DNA of 64,000 nt, taken from the NCBI GenBank assembly GCA_031459875.1, contig JAVKHQ010000001.1, forward strand, positions 128,001 to 192,000. Direction: 5' to 3'. The notes beneath the pieces were generated by a model. The model did not search any database and was not told the origin of the DNA. It saw only the letters and a list, made by a program, of their open reading frames with translations. A program made the translations under genes and the position numbers. Shown piece by piece: positions 34,579 to 44,818 of the stretch (within the stretch, counting starts at the first letter, position 1; the number at the start of each line of letters is the position of its first letter). This DNA comes from Candidatus Fervidifonticultor sextus (GTDB taxonomy: Bacteria > Sysuimicrobiota > Sysuimicrobiia > Sysuimicrobiales > Humicultoraceae).

Positions 34579-35763
34579 TCACCGCGCCCAGTACCCCAGG
34601 CGGATGAAGACCACCCCCCAGAGGTTTGCCAGGACGCTGGCGCCGATGAGCACCCGCGCCGGCCAGCCGACGCGGCCACGCAGGCCGCGGATGGTCAGCA
34701 GCACCAACAGTGGATAGATGTCGGCGATGAACCGGTAGCCGAACTGGCTCCACCCGGTGCCTCCCCACAGGAAGTTCAGCAGAGCCACAATCGCCACGGT
34801 CAACCAGGCCGAGAGGGTCTGAAGGTCTGCGGGCGCGCGCAGCGCGTAGACGAAGGCCGGGGTGGTGACCCAGATGGCCAGGCCCCACCAGGGGACCAGC
34901 AGGTAGGGCGGGTGCGGCACGAAGACCGGCAGCGCCCGGAAGAGCAGGTCGAGGTGGCGCGGGATGTACGACGGATGGAGGAGTCCCCTGGCGAACCACG
35001 GCTCGTCCCAGATGCCGGGCCGCAGGCTCTCCCCGATGTCGGCGATGGTCCCGAAGCGGGCCCAGTTGTAGGCCATGCCGACCACCAGCCCGGCCGCGAC
35101 CGGGGCGGTCAGCCGGATGAGGTAGCCCGGGTCGAGCCGGCGCCAGATCCGGAGGCCTGCGGGTGCCCAGACGGGCAGCGTCGCCAGCAGGAAGAACACG
35201 AAGGTCATGATGTTGGGCGCCCGGCTCAGGTAGGCGACGGCGACCACCGTGCCGAGGACGACCGGCCGGCGCCGGCCGAGCGTCTCCAGAATCCCCACGG
35301 TGAGGGCGGCGGCCACCACGACGTGGGCGTAGTACCAGGTGCTGCCCACGGCCGCCAGGTACCAGAGGATGGTCCCAAACGCCCCCAGCGCCCCGATCCA
35401 GAGGTAGTCGCGCCGGTCCGGCAGCAGGCGCGAGGCGACCAGAACCGTGAGCGCCGCATACAGCGCCCCCACCAGGTGGCTGGCGACCCACTGGGTCGTC
35501 TCGGACGGCCAGAACAGCGCCGCCGGTAGCAGCAGCACCGCCGGGAACGGCGGGTTCAGCACGTAGGAGCGCCCGCCGAACCGGGCGACCTCCAGGTAGG
35601 CGGGCGGATCTTCGAGGTCTACGCGCCCCTGGAGGAAGGCGCGGGCCAGGCGGACGTAGTGGTCGTAGGGCGACGGCCCGGCGGTCGAGAGGTTGTAGAC
35701 GGCGAACGCCAGCAGCCCGCAGATCGCGGCCCAGAAGATGGCGCGGTCCCCAGGGGATCTCAC
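34579..35763 (-). CDS. Polytopic membrane protein, putative GT-C glycosyltransferase (paralogue of 32596-33747)
   Basis: 'AFLQGRVDL', 'NPPFP', 'GSTWYYAH', 'YNWARFG', 'GWSQFGYRF'; GTGA overlap with the upstream gene. Confidence 0.65.
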   Translation of the reverse strand: MRSPGDRAIFWAAICGLLAFAVYNLSTAGPSPYDHYVRLARAFLQGRVDLEDPPAYLEVARFGGRSYVLNPPFPAVLLLPAALFWPSETTQWVASHLVGALYAALTVLVASRLLPDRRDYLWIGALGAFGTILWYLAAVGSTWYYAHVVVAAALTVGILETLGRRRPVVLGTVVAVAYLSRAPNIMTFVFFLLATLPVWAPAGLRIWRRLDPGYLIRLTAPVAAGLVVGMAYNWARFGTIADIGESLRPGIWDEPWFARGLLHPSYIPRHLDLLFRALPVFVPHPPYLLVPWWGLAIWVTTPAFVYALRAPADLQTLSAWLTVAIVALLNFLWGGTGWSQFGYRFIADIYPLLVLLTIRGLRGRVGWPARVLIGASVLANLWGVVFIRLGYWAR

Positions 35764-37277
35764 CGCGGGAACCCGTAGACCAAAAAGAGCGGACTCCCGT
35801 TGGGAGCGCGGACCGTGTGCTCCAGCACGGCGCCCGGCGGCAGCGCCTGCGCAGCCACGGCCACCAGCGCGCCAGGCTGCCCGCAGGCCGGCGCAGCCGA
35901 GTCGATGGTCACGGGCAGCGGGAAGTCTTCCAGGTAGAACGCCCGGAAGGTCGGCTCGTGGAACCAGTCCACCATCCACAGGCACACCCGGTCGTACCGG
36001 TCGCGCGCGGCCCAGATAGTCTGGAAGACCTCCGGGAAGCCGTAGTCGAACCACCAGCCGGCGACCTGCGGGTAGTCGAGGTACTCGGCCCGTGCGAACC
36101 GCACGCCCTCGGCGGCAGCCGCCACCGCCAGGGCAGCAGCGGCCAGCGCGCCCCCGGCGACCTGCCAGCGCAAGGTGCGGATGAAGGAGATCATCCGCAG
36201 GATCCCCAGGCCGATCACCAGGCACAGCGCCGGCAACCCCAGCAGCGTGCGGGTAGCGTGCGGGACGCCGTCGTTGGTCAGTGCGCCGCCCAGCGGGAAG
36301 AGGAACAGCCAGGCCGCCAGCAACCCGCGGTGCGGCAGGTCGGCCCGCCGGCCGAGTTCGACGAGCCCGAGGACCAGAAACGGCAGCGTCCACCAGAAGA
36401 GCTGCCCGGTTCCTGGCGCGTGGTGGCGGGGGTTCGGATCGCCGGAGACGAACAGGAATCCCGGAGCGAGGTGGGCCAGGTAGTTCCGTCCGAAGGTCGC
36501 CAGGGTCTGCGCGGTGACGCCGTCTCTGAACGTGAAGATCTGCGCCGGCCACTGGAGCATCCGCGGGTCGGCGGCCACCGTGCCGGCATAGGGCAGCATG
36601 ATGAGAGCGAAGGCCGCCCCTCCGGCGGCCGCGGCGCGCGGGGTGAGGCGCCGGCGGTATTGGGCGAGCAGCACGGCGAGCCAGAGCGGAGCGAGAATCT
36701 CGAAGGCCTTGTAGCCGTAGACGGTGAGCCCCAGTGCGCCGGCGGCCAGCCCCACCGCGAGAGGACGGCCGCCCTCGACCGCCCTGACCCAGAGCAGCAG
36801 CGCCAGCGAAAGCAGCGGGATGATGGTCGCGGGCTCCCATCCCATCCGGCTATAGTGAATGTGCCACGGGGTAACTGCCATGACGAAGGCGGCGGTGGCC
36901 CCGGCCCATCGCTGCCCGAGCAGCCGGTCGCCCAGCGGCCACAGGAGGAGCAGGCCGGCCACCCCCAGGGCGACAGATGGGAGTCGCACGGAGAGGGCAT
37001 CGCGGCCGCGGACCAGCACGACCGGGGACGCCAGCAGGCCGTAGATGGGCGGCCGACGGGTGATCCGGTGGAAGGTCATCGGGAGGAGCCGGCCGTCCAG
37101 ATCCCGGCCGGTGCGCACGATGCTCAAAAACGGGACGATGTTGCCGAGTTCGTCCCCGCCCAGCCCCGGCGGGTTGCTGCCCAGGCGCCACAGGCGCGGC
37201 GGCAGCGCGATGCCGAGCAGCAACAGCGCCAATGCCACCACGGCCGCCCGGGGTGGTCGGACGGGCGGCCGGGTCAC
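35760..37277 (-). CDS. ArnT/PMT_2-like GT-C glycosyltransferase
   Basis: 'RLWRLG..PPGL..DE', 'SVRLPS', 'PWHIHYSR', multiple TMs. Confidence 0.8.
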   Translation of the reverse strand: MTRPPVRPPRAAVVALALLLLGIALPPRLWRLGSNPPGLGGDELGNIVPFLSIVRTGRDLDGRLLPMTFHRITRRPPIYGLLASPVVLVRGRDALSVRLPSVALGVAGLLLLWPLGDRLLGQRWAGATAAFVMAVTPWHIHYSRMGWEPATIIPLLSLALLLWVRAVEGGRPLAVGLAAGALGLTVYGYKAFEILAPLWLAVLLAQYRRRLTPRAAAAGGAAFALIMLPYAGTVAADPRMLQWPAQIFTFRDGVTAQTLATFGRNYLAHLAPGFLFVSGDPNPRHHAPGTGQLFWWTLPFLVLGLVELGRRADLPHRGLLAAWLFLFPLGGALTNDGVPHATRTLLGLPALCLVIGLGILRMISFIRTLRWQVAGGALAAAALAVAAAAEGVRFARAEYLDYPQVAGWWFDYGFPEVFQTIWAARDRYDRVCLWMVDWFHEPTFRAFYLEDFPLPVTIDSAAPACGQPGALVAVAAQALPPGAVLEHTVRAPNGSPLFLVYGFPR

Positions 37278-38218
37278 GGGTGCGCCCCCGCGGGGTCCTT
37301 TCTGGCCAGCACGACCATGTTGTCGGGGATCGGGACCGGGATCGCGGGGTTGAACCGCACCTGCATCAGCCGACGCAGCACGCCGCACAGCGGGCTGCGC
37401 GGGTAGAGGCTGGCGTGGAGGTGCAGGATGTAGCGCAGCGAGACCACCTTGTGGTCCCGGAGCAGGGCGCAGACGCGGAAGCCCGCCGCGGCCAGGCATG
37501 CCTCCAGCGTGGTCCGCCCGAAGAAGAACAGGTGCTGCGGCGGGTTGAAGATGCGGGACCGGCGGCCCTGGATCCGGGCAAGCGCGCTGTCGATGCGACC
37601 GGTGGACAGCCCGAGCACCCCTCCGGGCGTCAGCACGCGCCAGACGTGCCGCAACGCCTCCAGCGGATCCGGCAGGTGCTCGAGCACATCCCACATGGTG
37701 ACGGCGTCGAAGGAGCCGGCCCGGAAGCCCGCCAGCGAAGTGCCGTGGATCACGTCGAGGCCGCGCCGCCGCGCCGCCGAGACCGCGCAGGCGGAGGCGT
37801 CGATCCCGTAGGCGCGCCAGCCGCGTGCCCGGGCCAGTTCCATGAAGTAGCCCCAGGCGCATCCGACGTCGAGCAGAACCCCGCGCCGGGGCGCGCAGCG
37901 CTCGACGGCCTCCAGTTTCGGGTCAAACCCCGCCTTGATCAGGCGTTCATCGGCCTCATAGTCGTGGTAGCCGCGCCGGTCGGGTTCGCCCTTGAAGTAG
38001 CCTTCGGAGTAGAACGCGACGAGCTCCGGCTCTGTGGGCGTGTGCGCGCAGTACGTCAGGCCGCAGCGCGGGCAGGCGACGATCGGGTAGCCGTATCTTT
38101 GGAACTGCAGCCGGGGAGCTTCGCCGCACAGCAGGCAGGGCCGGACGGCGACCCCGGAGGCCGCGGCGGCGTCGGCTGCAGCGCCCCCGGCCGGCACCTC
38201 AAGCGCCGTGGTCCTCAC
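37274..38218 (-). CDS. Class I SAM-dependent methyltransferase with N-terminal CxxC...CxxC zinc motif
   Basis: CLLCG...CPRCGL; LLDVGCAWGYF; WDVLEHLPDP; PPQHL; start uncertain. Confidence 0.87.
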   Translation of the reverse strand: MRTTALEVPAGGAAADAAAASGVAVRPCLLCGEAPRLQFQRYGYPIVACPRCGLTYCAHTPTEPELVAFYSEGYFKGEPDRRGYHDYEADERLIKAGFDPKLEAVERCAPRRGVLLDVGCAWGYFMELARARGWRAYGIDASACAVSAARRRGLDVIHGTSLAGFRAGSFDAVTMWDVLEHLPDPLEALRHVWRVLTPGGVLGLSTGRIDSALARIQGRRSRIFNPPQHLFFFGRTTLEACLAAAGFRVCALLRDHKVVSLRYILHLHASLYPRSPLCGVLRRLMQVRFNPAIPVPIPDNMVVLARKDPAGAHP

Positions 38219-38305
38219 GCCCGCTGCCCTTCGACGCGGCACTGCCGCGTTCCCGCAGCCGGCCCCTGCCCAGGAGGCGCGGTCTGTGCGTGGAATCTCC
38301 CTGAC

Positions 38306-39583
38306 GTGTCGGCAGGCACGGCCCCTCCCTCGCTGCTGGACGTCACCCCGGCTCCCCCGGAGGTCCGCCGGTGGTGGACGCTCGCCGCCTACGCGGCCTT
38401 GGTCCGTTTTCTCATCATGCCCTACGGAGGTTTCCCGGTAGACATCGGGACGTTCAAGGCGTGGGCGGCCGCCCTCGCGGAGGGGGGGCCCGCCGCGTTC
38501 TACGGGGCGGGATTTGCCGACTACCTCCCGGGCTACCTGTACGTACTCTGGGTGATCGGCGAGATCCACCAGGTCGTCCGCTTCAACGACCAGGCGTTCC
38601 TCTTCGTGCTGAAACTCCCGGCGGCGCTGGCCGACCTGGCTGCAGCGTGGGTCATCTTCAGGCTGGCGGCGCGCTTCGGCTCGCCACATGCTCTGCCCCT
38701 GGCCGCGTCCTACCTGTTCAATCCCGGCGTGGTCTTCAACAGCGCCTACTGGGGACAGGCCGACGCCGTGGGCGCGCTGCTGGCGATCGCGGGGATTGCC
38801 GCCCTCGAGGCGGCCTCGCCGGTGCTGGTCGGCACCCTGCTGGTGGCGGCGGCGCTCACCAAGCCCCAGACCGCGCCGGCGGTGATCCCGGTCGGCCTCT
38901 ACCTCCTCCGCACGCTGAGCCGGCCCCGGGAGGGGCCGCCGCGGTGGGACCTGCTGCTGGGCACCGCGGCCGCTGCCGGGGCCGCGCTGGTCCTGATCAT
39001 CCTGCCGTTTGGCCTCAGCCCCCTGGGGCTGCTGCGCGTCCTGCGGGTCTCGCTGGGGGTCTATCCGTACAGCAGCGTGGTGGCCTTCAACTTCTGGGGT
39101 GCCACCCAGCGGTTCTGGGTCGGCGACGACCTACGCTGGCTGGGCGTCCCCCATGTGGTCTGGGGTGCCGCCGCCACGCTGGCGGCCCTGGCGATCGTGG
39201 CGGTCTGGGCCTGGCATCACCCCTCGGTCCAGGCGACGCTGCTGGCCGCCGCTGCGGCCCTGCTGGTCACCTTCGTGCTGCCGACCCGGATCCACGAGCG
39301 CTACCTGCTGCCCGCGATCCCGCTCTTCGCCGCGGCCGCGGCCCTCGACCGGCGCATGGTGGGGATCTACGCCGCGCTCTCGGTGGTGTTTGCGCTGAAC
39401 CTGCTCTACGCCTACACGCGGCCCTACGCGCAGACGTTCCTGCTGCCGGGCTGGCTGGAGACGACCATCTTCTCGGACGCCGGCACGCGGGTGCTCAGCG
39501 CGGTGGGCACGCTGACCCTGCCCGCGGCGGGGTACATCCTCTTCACCTGGGCGCGCCGGAAGATGGCGGCGCAAAGCGCCTGA
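38306..39583 (+). CDS. GT-C membrane glycosyltransferase (GT87/mannosyltransferase-like)
   Basis: 'D..TF..W', 'DYLPGYLY', 'KLPA', 'NP...NSAYWGQAD', 'KPQ', 'RIHERY'. Confidence 0.8.
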   Translation: MSAGTAPPSLLDVTPAPPEVRRWWTLAAYAALVRFLIMPYGGFPVDIGTFKAWAAALAEGGPAAFYGAGFADYLPGYLYVLWVIGEIHQVVRFNDQAFLFVLKLPAALADLAAAWVIFRLAARFGSPHALPLAASYLFNPGVVFNSAYWGQADAVGALLAIAGIAALEAASPVLVGTLLVAAALTKPQTAPAVIPVGLYLLRTLSRPREGPPRWDLLLGTAAAAGAALVLIILPFGLSPLGLLRVLRVSLGVYPYSSVVAFNFWGATQRFWVGDDLRWLGVPHVVWGAAATLAALAIVAVWAWHHPSVQATLLAAAAALLVTFVLPTRIHERYLLPAIPLFAAAAALDRRMVGIYAALSVVFALNLLYAYTRPYAQTFLLPGWLETTIFSDAGTRVLSAVGTLTLPAAGYILFTWARRKMAAQSA

Positions 39584-40271
39584 CGCGCAGCCACAGCCGC
39601 CCCAGTTCGAAGAAGGCGCGGACCAGCACGCGCAGGCGCCCGCCGGTGGGGCGGCCCGCGCGGCGCGGCAGGTGACGGACCGGGAGTTCGGTGATCCGCG
39701 CGCCCATCCGCCGCGCCCGGGCCAGCATCTCCGCGCTGAGGAACGCTCCTCCGGCTTCCAGCGGCATCGCCGCCAGATACGAGCGCCGCATCAACTTGAA
39801 CGCGCAGTCCACGTCGCGCACGCCCACCCCCAGCAGGACCGACATGAGGGCGGCCCAGATCCTGGCGTACAGCGTCCGGTGCGCCGCATCCGCGCGCACC
39901 GGCCGGTAGCCGACGACGAAGTCCGCCCGGGCTGCGGCGGCGACGAAGGCCGGCAGGTCGGAGGGGTCGAACTGCCCGTCGGCATCCATCAGGAACACCC
40001 ACGGACAGCGCGCCGCCGCGAACCCCGACCGCAGCGCGGCGCCGTATCCCAGGTTGCGGGCGTGGTGCACGACCCGGACCGCCGGGTCCTCGGAGGCGAG
40101 GCGCTCGGCCAGCGGCCCCGTGCCGTCGGCGCTGCCGTCGTTGACGACCACGATCTCGAACGGCCGCCCCAGCGCTGCCAGCACCCGGCGGAGGTCGGCC
40201 ACCGTGGCGGTCAGATTCGCCTCTTCGTTGTAGGCCGGCAGGACCGCCGAGATGCCCTCGCCTAGATCCAC
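39543..40271 (-). CDS. GT2 polyprenol-phosphate glycosyltransferase (DPM1-like)
   Basis: VLPAYNEE, VNDGSAD, NLGYG, DADGQ, DVDCAFK. Confidence 0.9.
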   Translation of the reverse strand: MDLGEGISAVLPAYNEEANLTATVADLRRVLAALGRPFEIVVVNDGSADGTGPLAERLASEDPAVRVVHHARNLGYGAALRSGFAAARCPWVFLMDADGQFDPSDLPAFVAAAARADFVVGYRPVRADAAHRTLYARIWAALMSVLLGVGVRDVDCAFKLMRRSYLAAMPLEAGGAFLSAEMLARARRMGARITELPVRHLPRRAGRPTGGRLRVLVRAFFELGRLWLRVRRFAPPSSGAPR

Positions 40272-41572
40272 GTCCCGAACCACATGAGGTGCATGATGCG
40301 CTGGGTGGGCACGGTGACGGCGGCGAGCACCGGGTAGAAGGCCACCAGCCACCCCAGGGCCAGGAGCAGATAGAGGAACACCAGTCCGCTGCCCACGCGG
40401 CCGCGCACCCGGGCCAGGGCCACCGCCAGGCTCACGATCAGGAACGGGAGCGCCGGCAGGAAGTGGTAGAGGAAGAGCGCGCGTGTGATGAAGGCGTACT
40501 GGAGGTAGGAGACCGCGAACCCGATCAGCAGGAACGTCTCCGGCACCGCGCGCGTCCGGATCGCGTGGGCGGCCACGAGGCCAAACGCCGGCAGGCTGGC
40601 CCACCAGATAACGGGGTTGCCGATGGCGAGAATCCCCCGGTTCCACTGCGGCGCGGCCTCGTAATACTCGTACCAGATCGGCCGGATCAATAGCGGCCAG
40701 GACCACCACTTCGACTGGTAGGGATGGCCCTCGGTCAGACTGGCGTGGAACTGATACATCGAGGCCTGGTGGAAGATGAAGTCGCGTGCGGAGTGCCCCA
40801 GCATGAAGTAGGGAACGTAAGAGAGCAGGTAGACCGCGATGGGAAGCGCGGTGAACGCGGCGGCCATGTGGCGGAGGTCGCGGCCCGAAAGCACAATCCG
40901 GCCCCAGCCGCGCAGGACCGCCAGCGTCACGGGGATGGTCGCCAACGGCACCACCGTCGTCCACTTGGTGGCCACGGCACAGCCGGCGGCGGCACCGGCC
41001 AGGTACAGCCAGCCCACGCCGCGGCCCGGAGGCCCCTCGGGCCGATCCAGGCGGCCGCGCAGGTACTGCCAGAAGGCCGCATACGCGCCGAACAGGAACA
41101 GGGTCAGGAAGATGTCCGGCTTGGCAATCCGGCTCTCGACCAGGACCAGGCCGTCGGCGGCGACCAGCAGGGCGCTGGCCGCTGCCACGAACCGGTTCTG
41201 GAACAGCGTGGCCGCCAGCGCGTAGATCACCGGGACCAGCAGGGTGCCGGCGGTGGCGCTGGCGATCCGCCAGCCCACCGCGTCGTCTCCCGCCAGGGCG
41301 ATCCCCGCGGCGATGATGAGTTTGGACAGCGGGGGGTGCGTCCGCTCCTCCGTGATCTCCTTGCGCGCCAGGTACTGCTGGGCCGCCTTCGCGTAGTAGA
41401 TCTCGTCGAAGATCATGGAAGCCGGCGTGTGCAGGCGCGGCAGCCGCACCAGTGCCGCAAACAGCGTCAGGCCGACCACGACCAGCACGGCGGCCCGATC
41501 GGCCCGCCGCGCCACCGGCGCCGGGCCCACCTGCGCCGGGCCGGCGGTCGCCAGGTCAACGCCCGCGGTCAT
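40262..41572 (-). CDS. pmt: Protein O-mannosyltransferase (GT39, PMT)
   Basis: 'IFDEIYYA', 'HPPLSKL', 'GWR', 'TKW', 'HPYQS.WWSWP..RP', 'GNP.IWW', 'R..FLYHFLP'. Confidence 0.88.
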   Translation of the reverse strand: MTAGVDLATAGPAQVGPAPVARRADRAAVLVVVGLTLFAALVRLPRLHTPASMIFDEIYYAKAAQQYLARKEITEERTHPPLSKLIIAAGIALAGDDAVGWRIASATAGTLLVPVIYALAATLFQNRFVAAASALLVAADGLVLVESRIAKPDIFLTLFLFGAYAAFWQYLRGRLDRPEGPPGRGVGWLYLAGAAAGCAVATKWTTVVPLATIPVTLAVLRGWGRIVLSGRDLRHMAAAFTALPIAVYLLSYVPYFMLGHSARDFIFHQASMYQFHASLTEGHPYQSKWWSWPLLIRPIWYEYYEAAPQWNRGILAIGNPVIWWASLPAFGLVAAHAIRTRAVPETFLLIGFAVSYLQYAFITRALFLYHFLPALPFLIVSLAVALARVRGRVGSGLVFLYLLLALGWLVAFYPVLAAVTVPTQRIMHLMWFGTWI

Positions 41573-43763
41573 GCCGCCTCGCCGGGCCTGCCAGCAGACG
41601 CCGCAGCCGGACGCGCAGCGCCCCCAGGTGGCGCCGCGCGTCCGCCACCGCCTCCGGCGTCGGCTCCACGCCGCCATAGGCCGCGGCCTCGACGGCCGCG
41701 GAGATCGCCTCGACCTCGGGCAGCCCTCCCCACGCCTGCGCCCGCCGCCGGAACTCCTCCACCGTCTCGGAGGGCCGCCGGCGCAGTCCGCGGCGGGCCA
41801 GGACCGCGCACATCTGATGGTAGACCTCGCGCAGCGCGGCCCGGGGCGGCGCGGGCAGCGCCCGCCGGCTCGCGGTGCGCCATGTCCCGACGGCCGCCGC
41901 CACGCCCGCCGCGATCACCGCCGCCCAGAGCCCGGCCGCCGCAGCCTCCCGCACCCCGGCCGCCACCCGCCTGAGGACCGGGAAGCGGGACGCCAGCCAC
42001 GCCAGGTCGGCCTGCGCCCGCGCGGCCAGCTCCTGCCACACCCACCGGCGGATCACGGGGCCGCCCAGGTCGGCGGTGTCGGGGAATCCCGGCGTCGGTT
42101 CGAACTCCACCCAGCCGATGCCGGGGAAGAACACCTCCACCCAGGCGTGCGCGTCGCTGTTGCGGACCTCCAGCAGGCCGGTGAGGGGATTCAACGTGCC
42201 GGGCGTGTAGCCGGTGACCAGGCGGGCCGGGATGCCGGCCGAGCGCAGCAGGACGACCATGGCGCTGGCAAACTGCTCGCAGTAGCCGCGTCGCTCCTCA
42301 AAGAGGAAGTAGTCCACGGCGTCGCCGGGCCGCCGCTGCGGGGGGATCGAGAGGTCGTAGCGGTAGGCCGTCCAGAGGTACTGGTTGACCGCCGCGACCT
42401 GGTCGTAGAGGGTGGGTTCGCCGGCGACCAGCCGCAGCGCGAGCGCACGCACGCGGTCGGGGATCGGCGGCAGCGCCAGGTAGCGCTCCCGCACGAACGC
42501 CGGGACCTCGCCGGAGGCCGCGCGGAGGCGGTCGGGATCGGGCACGAGCGTCCGCGAGATCACCGAGTACACCATCCCGGGCTTCAGCGTGCCCGGCAGC
42601 CGGATCGAGCCGTACCGGTCCAGCCAGACGCGGCCGGTGGGGAGGTACAGCCGCTCGGCCAGCGGCGCGGCGAACACCACGTTGGGCTGCTCGACCTCGA
42701 TGTAGAACGACTGGATGACGCGCTCGGTGCGCACGGCGTAGCTGAGGACCTCATCCTGCTTGTGCACGACCTCGATGGGAGGAAAACTGCTTTCGATCTG
42801 CATGAGGCGGGGATCGGAGATCCTCCAGCCGGTCCCGGTGTAGGTGTCGAAGACCAGCGCGCGCCAGTTGAACTGGCGCGTCGAGCGCACGCGCATGACG
42901 ACGGTGTGGTCGAGCCGCCCCCGCAGGCGGAGGTCAACGGTCGGGCTGAATCCGAAGTAGCCGCGCGCGTTCCACGGCGGCAGTTCGCCCCCTCCGCCCT
43001 CGCCCACGTGGGGATAGGCCGGGTTCATGATGCGGCCCGCGAAGAGGTCCAGCAGCATGCGCTGCGGGGAGAACGGCAGCGAGGTGACCCGCATCCCCTC
43101 CAGGCGCGGCGTGAACAGGAACGCGACGCCCGCGCCCAGCAGCACGAAGACCAGCACGTGGCTGGCCGCCCAGGCGATGCTGTGGCGCACCGCCTCCGCG
43201 GCCTGGGGCCGGGGGATCGCCCGGGCCGGAGGGGCGGCTGGCCCCGGCGGGTTCAGCAGTTCCCTGGCCCCCTGCCAGGCGTTGTGGACCAGGGCCTGGA
43301 TGCCCGCCACCGCGAAGGCTGCCAGGTAGAGCAGGTAGGTGAGGTCCAGCGCGAAGGCAGCCGCCACCGCCATGAGGATGACCGAAGAGAGCAGGCTGAA
43401 CAGCAGGTCGCGCCGGGCCGGCACGTCGAACGAGTGGATGGTCTGCAGCCACAGGAGCAGCACCGTCAGCGGCACGCTGGTATGGTAGGGATCGGCCACG
43501 ACGTCCCGCAGGAAGTTCCACCCGACCTGCAGGCACAGCAGCGCCAGGACGATCTTGACCCACCAGTTCTGCCGGCCGCGGCGCCAGAACGAGAACGCGA
43601 AACCGGCGGCGACCAGCGCGGGGACCAGGAGCCGGTAGGTGGCGAACTCGTCGTGAGCCGCCACGGCGAAGACGCTGACCGTCACCGCGGCCAGGGTCCA
43701 CAGGCGCAGCGGGACCGAGGGCTCGGGGGTGCCGCTGCGGGCCAGCCGGCGCCACCCTACCAT
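41556..43763 (-). CDS. Membrane transglutaminase-like protein (DUF3488-TGc-DUF4129, TgpA-like)
   Basis: N-terminal TMs; 'GYCEQFASAM', 'GIPARLVTGY', 'AHAWVEV', 'WVEFEPTP'. Confidence 0.9.
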   Translation of the reverse strand: MVGWRRLARSGTPEPSVPLRLWTLAAVTVSVFAVAAHDEFATYRLLVPALVAAGFAFSFWRRGRQNWWVKIVLALLCLQVGWNFLRDVVADPYHTSVPLTVLLLWLQTIHSFDVPARRDLLFSLLSSVILMAVAAAFALDLTYLLYLAAFAVAGIQALVHNAWQGARELLNPPGPAAPPARAIPRPQAAEAVRHSIAWAASHVLVFVLLGAGVAFLFTPRLEGMRVTSLPFSPQRMLLDLFAGRIMNPAYPHVGEGGGGELPPWNARGYFGFSPTVDLRLRGRLDHTVVMRVRSTRQFNWRALVFDTYTGTGWRISDPRLMQIESSFPPIEVVHKQDEVLSYAVRTERVIQSFYIEVEQPNVVFAAPLAERLYLPTGRVWLDRYGSIRLPGTLKPGMVYSVISRTLVPDPDRLRAASGEVPAFVRERYLALPPIPDRVRALALRLVAGEPTLYDQVAAVNQYLWTAYRYDLSIPPQRRPGDAVDYFLFEERRGYCEQFASAMVVLLRSAGIPARLVTGYTPGTLNPLTGLLEVRNSDAHAWVEVFFPGIGWVEFEPTPGFPDTADLGGPVIRRWVWQELAARAQADLAWLASRFPVLRRVAAGVREAAAAGLWAAVIAAGVAAAVGTWRTASRRALPAPPRAALREVYHQMCAVLARRGLRRRPSETVEEFRRRAQAWGGLPEVEAISAAVEAAAYGGVEPTPEAVADARRHLGALRVRLRRLLAGPARRHDRGR

Positions 43764-44818
43764 GCCTGCACCATCCCGTCGTCGGTGTAGACCAGTCCGC
43801 CCCAGGGCCGCTGGCCCGCCGCCGCGTCGGCGGCCGGCACCACCGGGATCACCCCGGCCCCGGCCCGAATGCCGTGCGCCGTGGCCGCCACGACGATCAG
43901 CGCGCGGCCGGGCCGCGCCAGGTGGGACAGCACCTCGGCCACCGGCGGGCCGCAGGGGACAGCCGCCGCCAGCCAGTCCATGGCCGCTTCCCATCCCCGG
44001 TGCTCGACGGGCCCGTCGGCCCACCCGGCCACCGCAGCCAAAGCGTACCGCTCCCGGGCCGCCCGCAGCAGGGAGGCAGCGGCGCGGACCGCAGCGTCCA
44101 GCCGGGCGGGGCTCTGTCGGCGATCGAGATCAACGACGACCGTCACGTCCGGCGCCTGCTCCTGCTGGTACTCGCGGGTGACCAGCGTCCCCCGGCGCGC
44201 CGACGACCGCCAGTGGACGCGCGCCAGGCTGTCCCCGGGCTGGTAGTCCCGCACGCCGTAGAGATCATCAGGCTGCCGCGACCGCCCCGCAGGCTGCCGG
44301 CCTTCCAGCGCGGGGGCCAGCGCGGCCAGCACCTGCGAGGGCACGGGCTGCGTCTGCGGCCAGATGACGATGTGGCCATCGGCGTGCAGATGCCTGCGCG
44401 CAGTGAACAGCCCCAGCAGGCCCCGCGAGGCGATCACCACTGGGCCCACGGCGTACCGGCCGCGCCGGGGCGGGGTCACGGTGATCGTGGCCGCCGCCGG
44501 CATCCCCGGCGCCACCTGCTCGACGAGCGCCCGGCCGCGGGCGCCGGGCCATCCGTCTTCCACCACCAGGAAGCGGCCGGCGGCCGATGCGGCCAGCGTG
44601 ACCTCGAAGGGCAGCGCCGCGCCCTCGACCCCGCGCTCGGGGAGGTCCCGACTCACCCGGAGGCGGCGCAGGGGAAGCACCGACGTCCCCATGCCGACGG
44701 CAAAGAGCGAGACCAGCAGCGCGTCGAGGACGAACAGCAACCCGGACATCAGGTTCGTGGCCAGCAGGAAGACAGCCCCGGCCAGCACGAGGACCGCCGT
44801 CCCTTCACGCGTCGGCAC
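43757..44818 (-). CDS. DUF58 domain protein
   Basis: 'RRGRY', 'VRDYQPGDSLARVHWRSSARRG.L.TREY'. Confidence 0.9.
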   Translation of the reverse strand: MPTREGTAVLVLAGAVFLLATNLMSGLLFVLDALLVSLFAVGMGTSVLPLRRLRVSRDLPERGVEGAALPFEVTLAASAAGRFLVVEDGWPGARGRALVEQVAPGMPAAATITVTPPRRGRYAVGPVVIASRGLLGLFTARRHLHADGHIVIWPQTQPVPSQVLAALAPALEGRQPAGRSRQPDDLYGVRDYQPGDSLARVHWRSSARRGTLVTREYQQEQAPDVTVVVDLDRRQSPARLDAAVRAAASLLRAARERYALAAVAGWADGPVEHRGWEAAMDWLAAAVPCGPPVAEVLSHLARPGRALIVVAATAHGIRAGAGVIPVVPAADAAAGQRPWGGLVYTDDGMVQAW

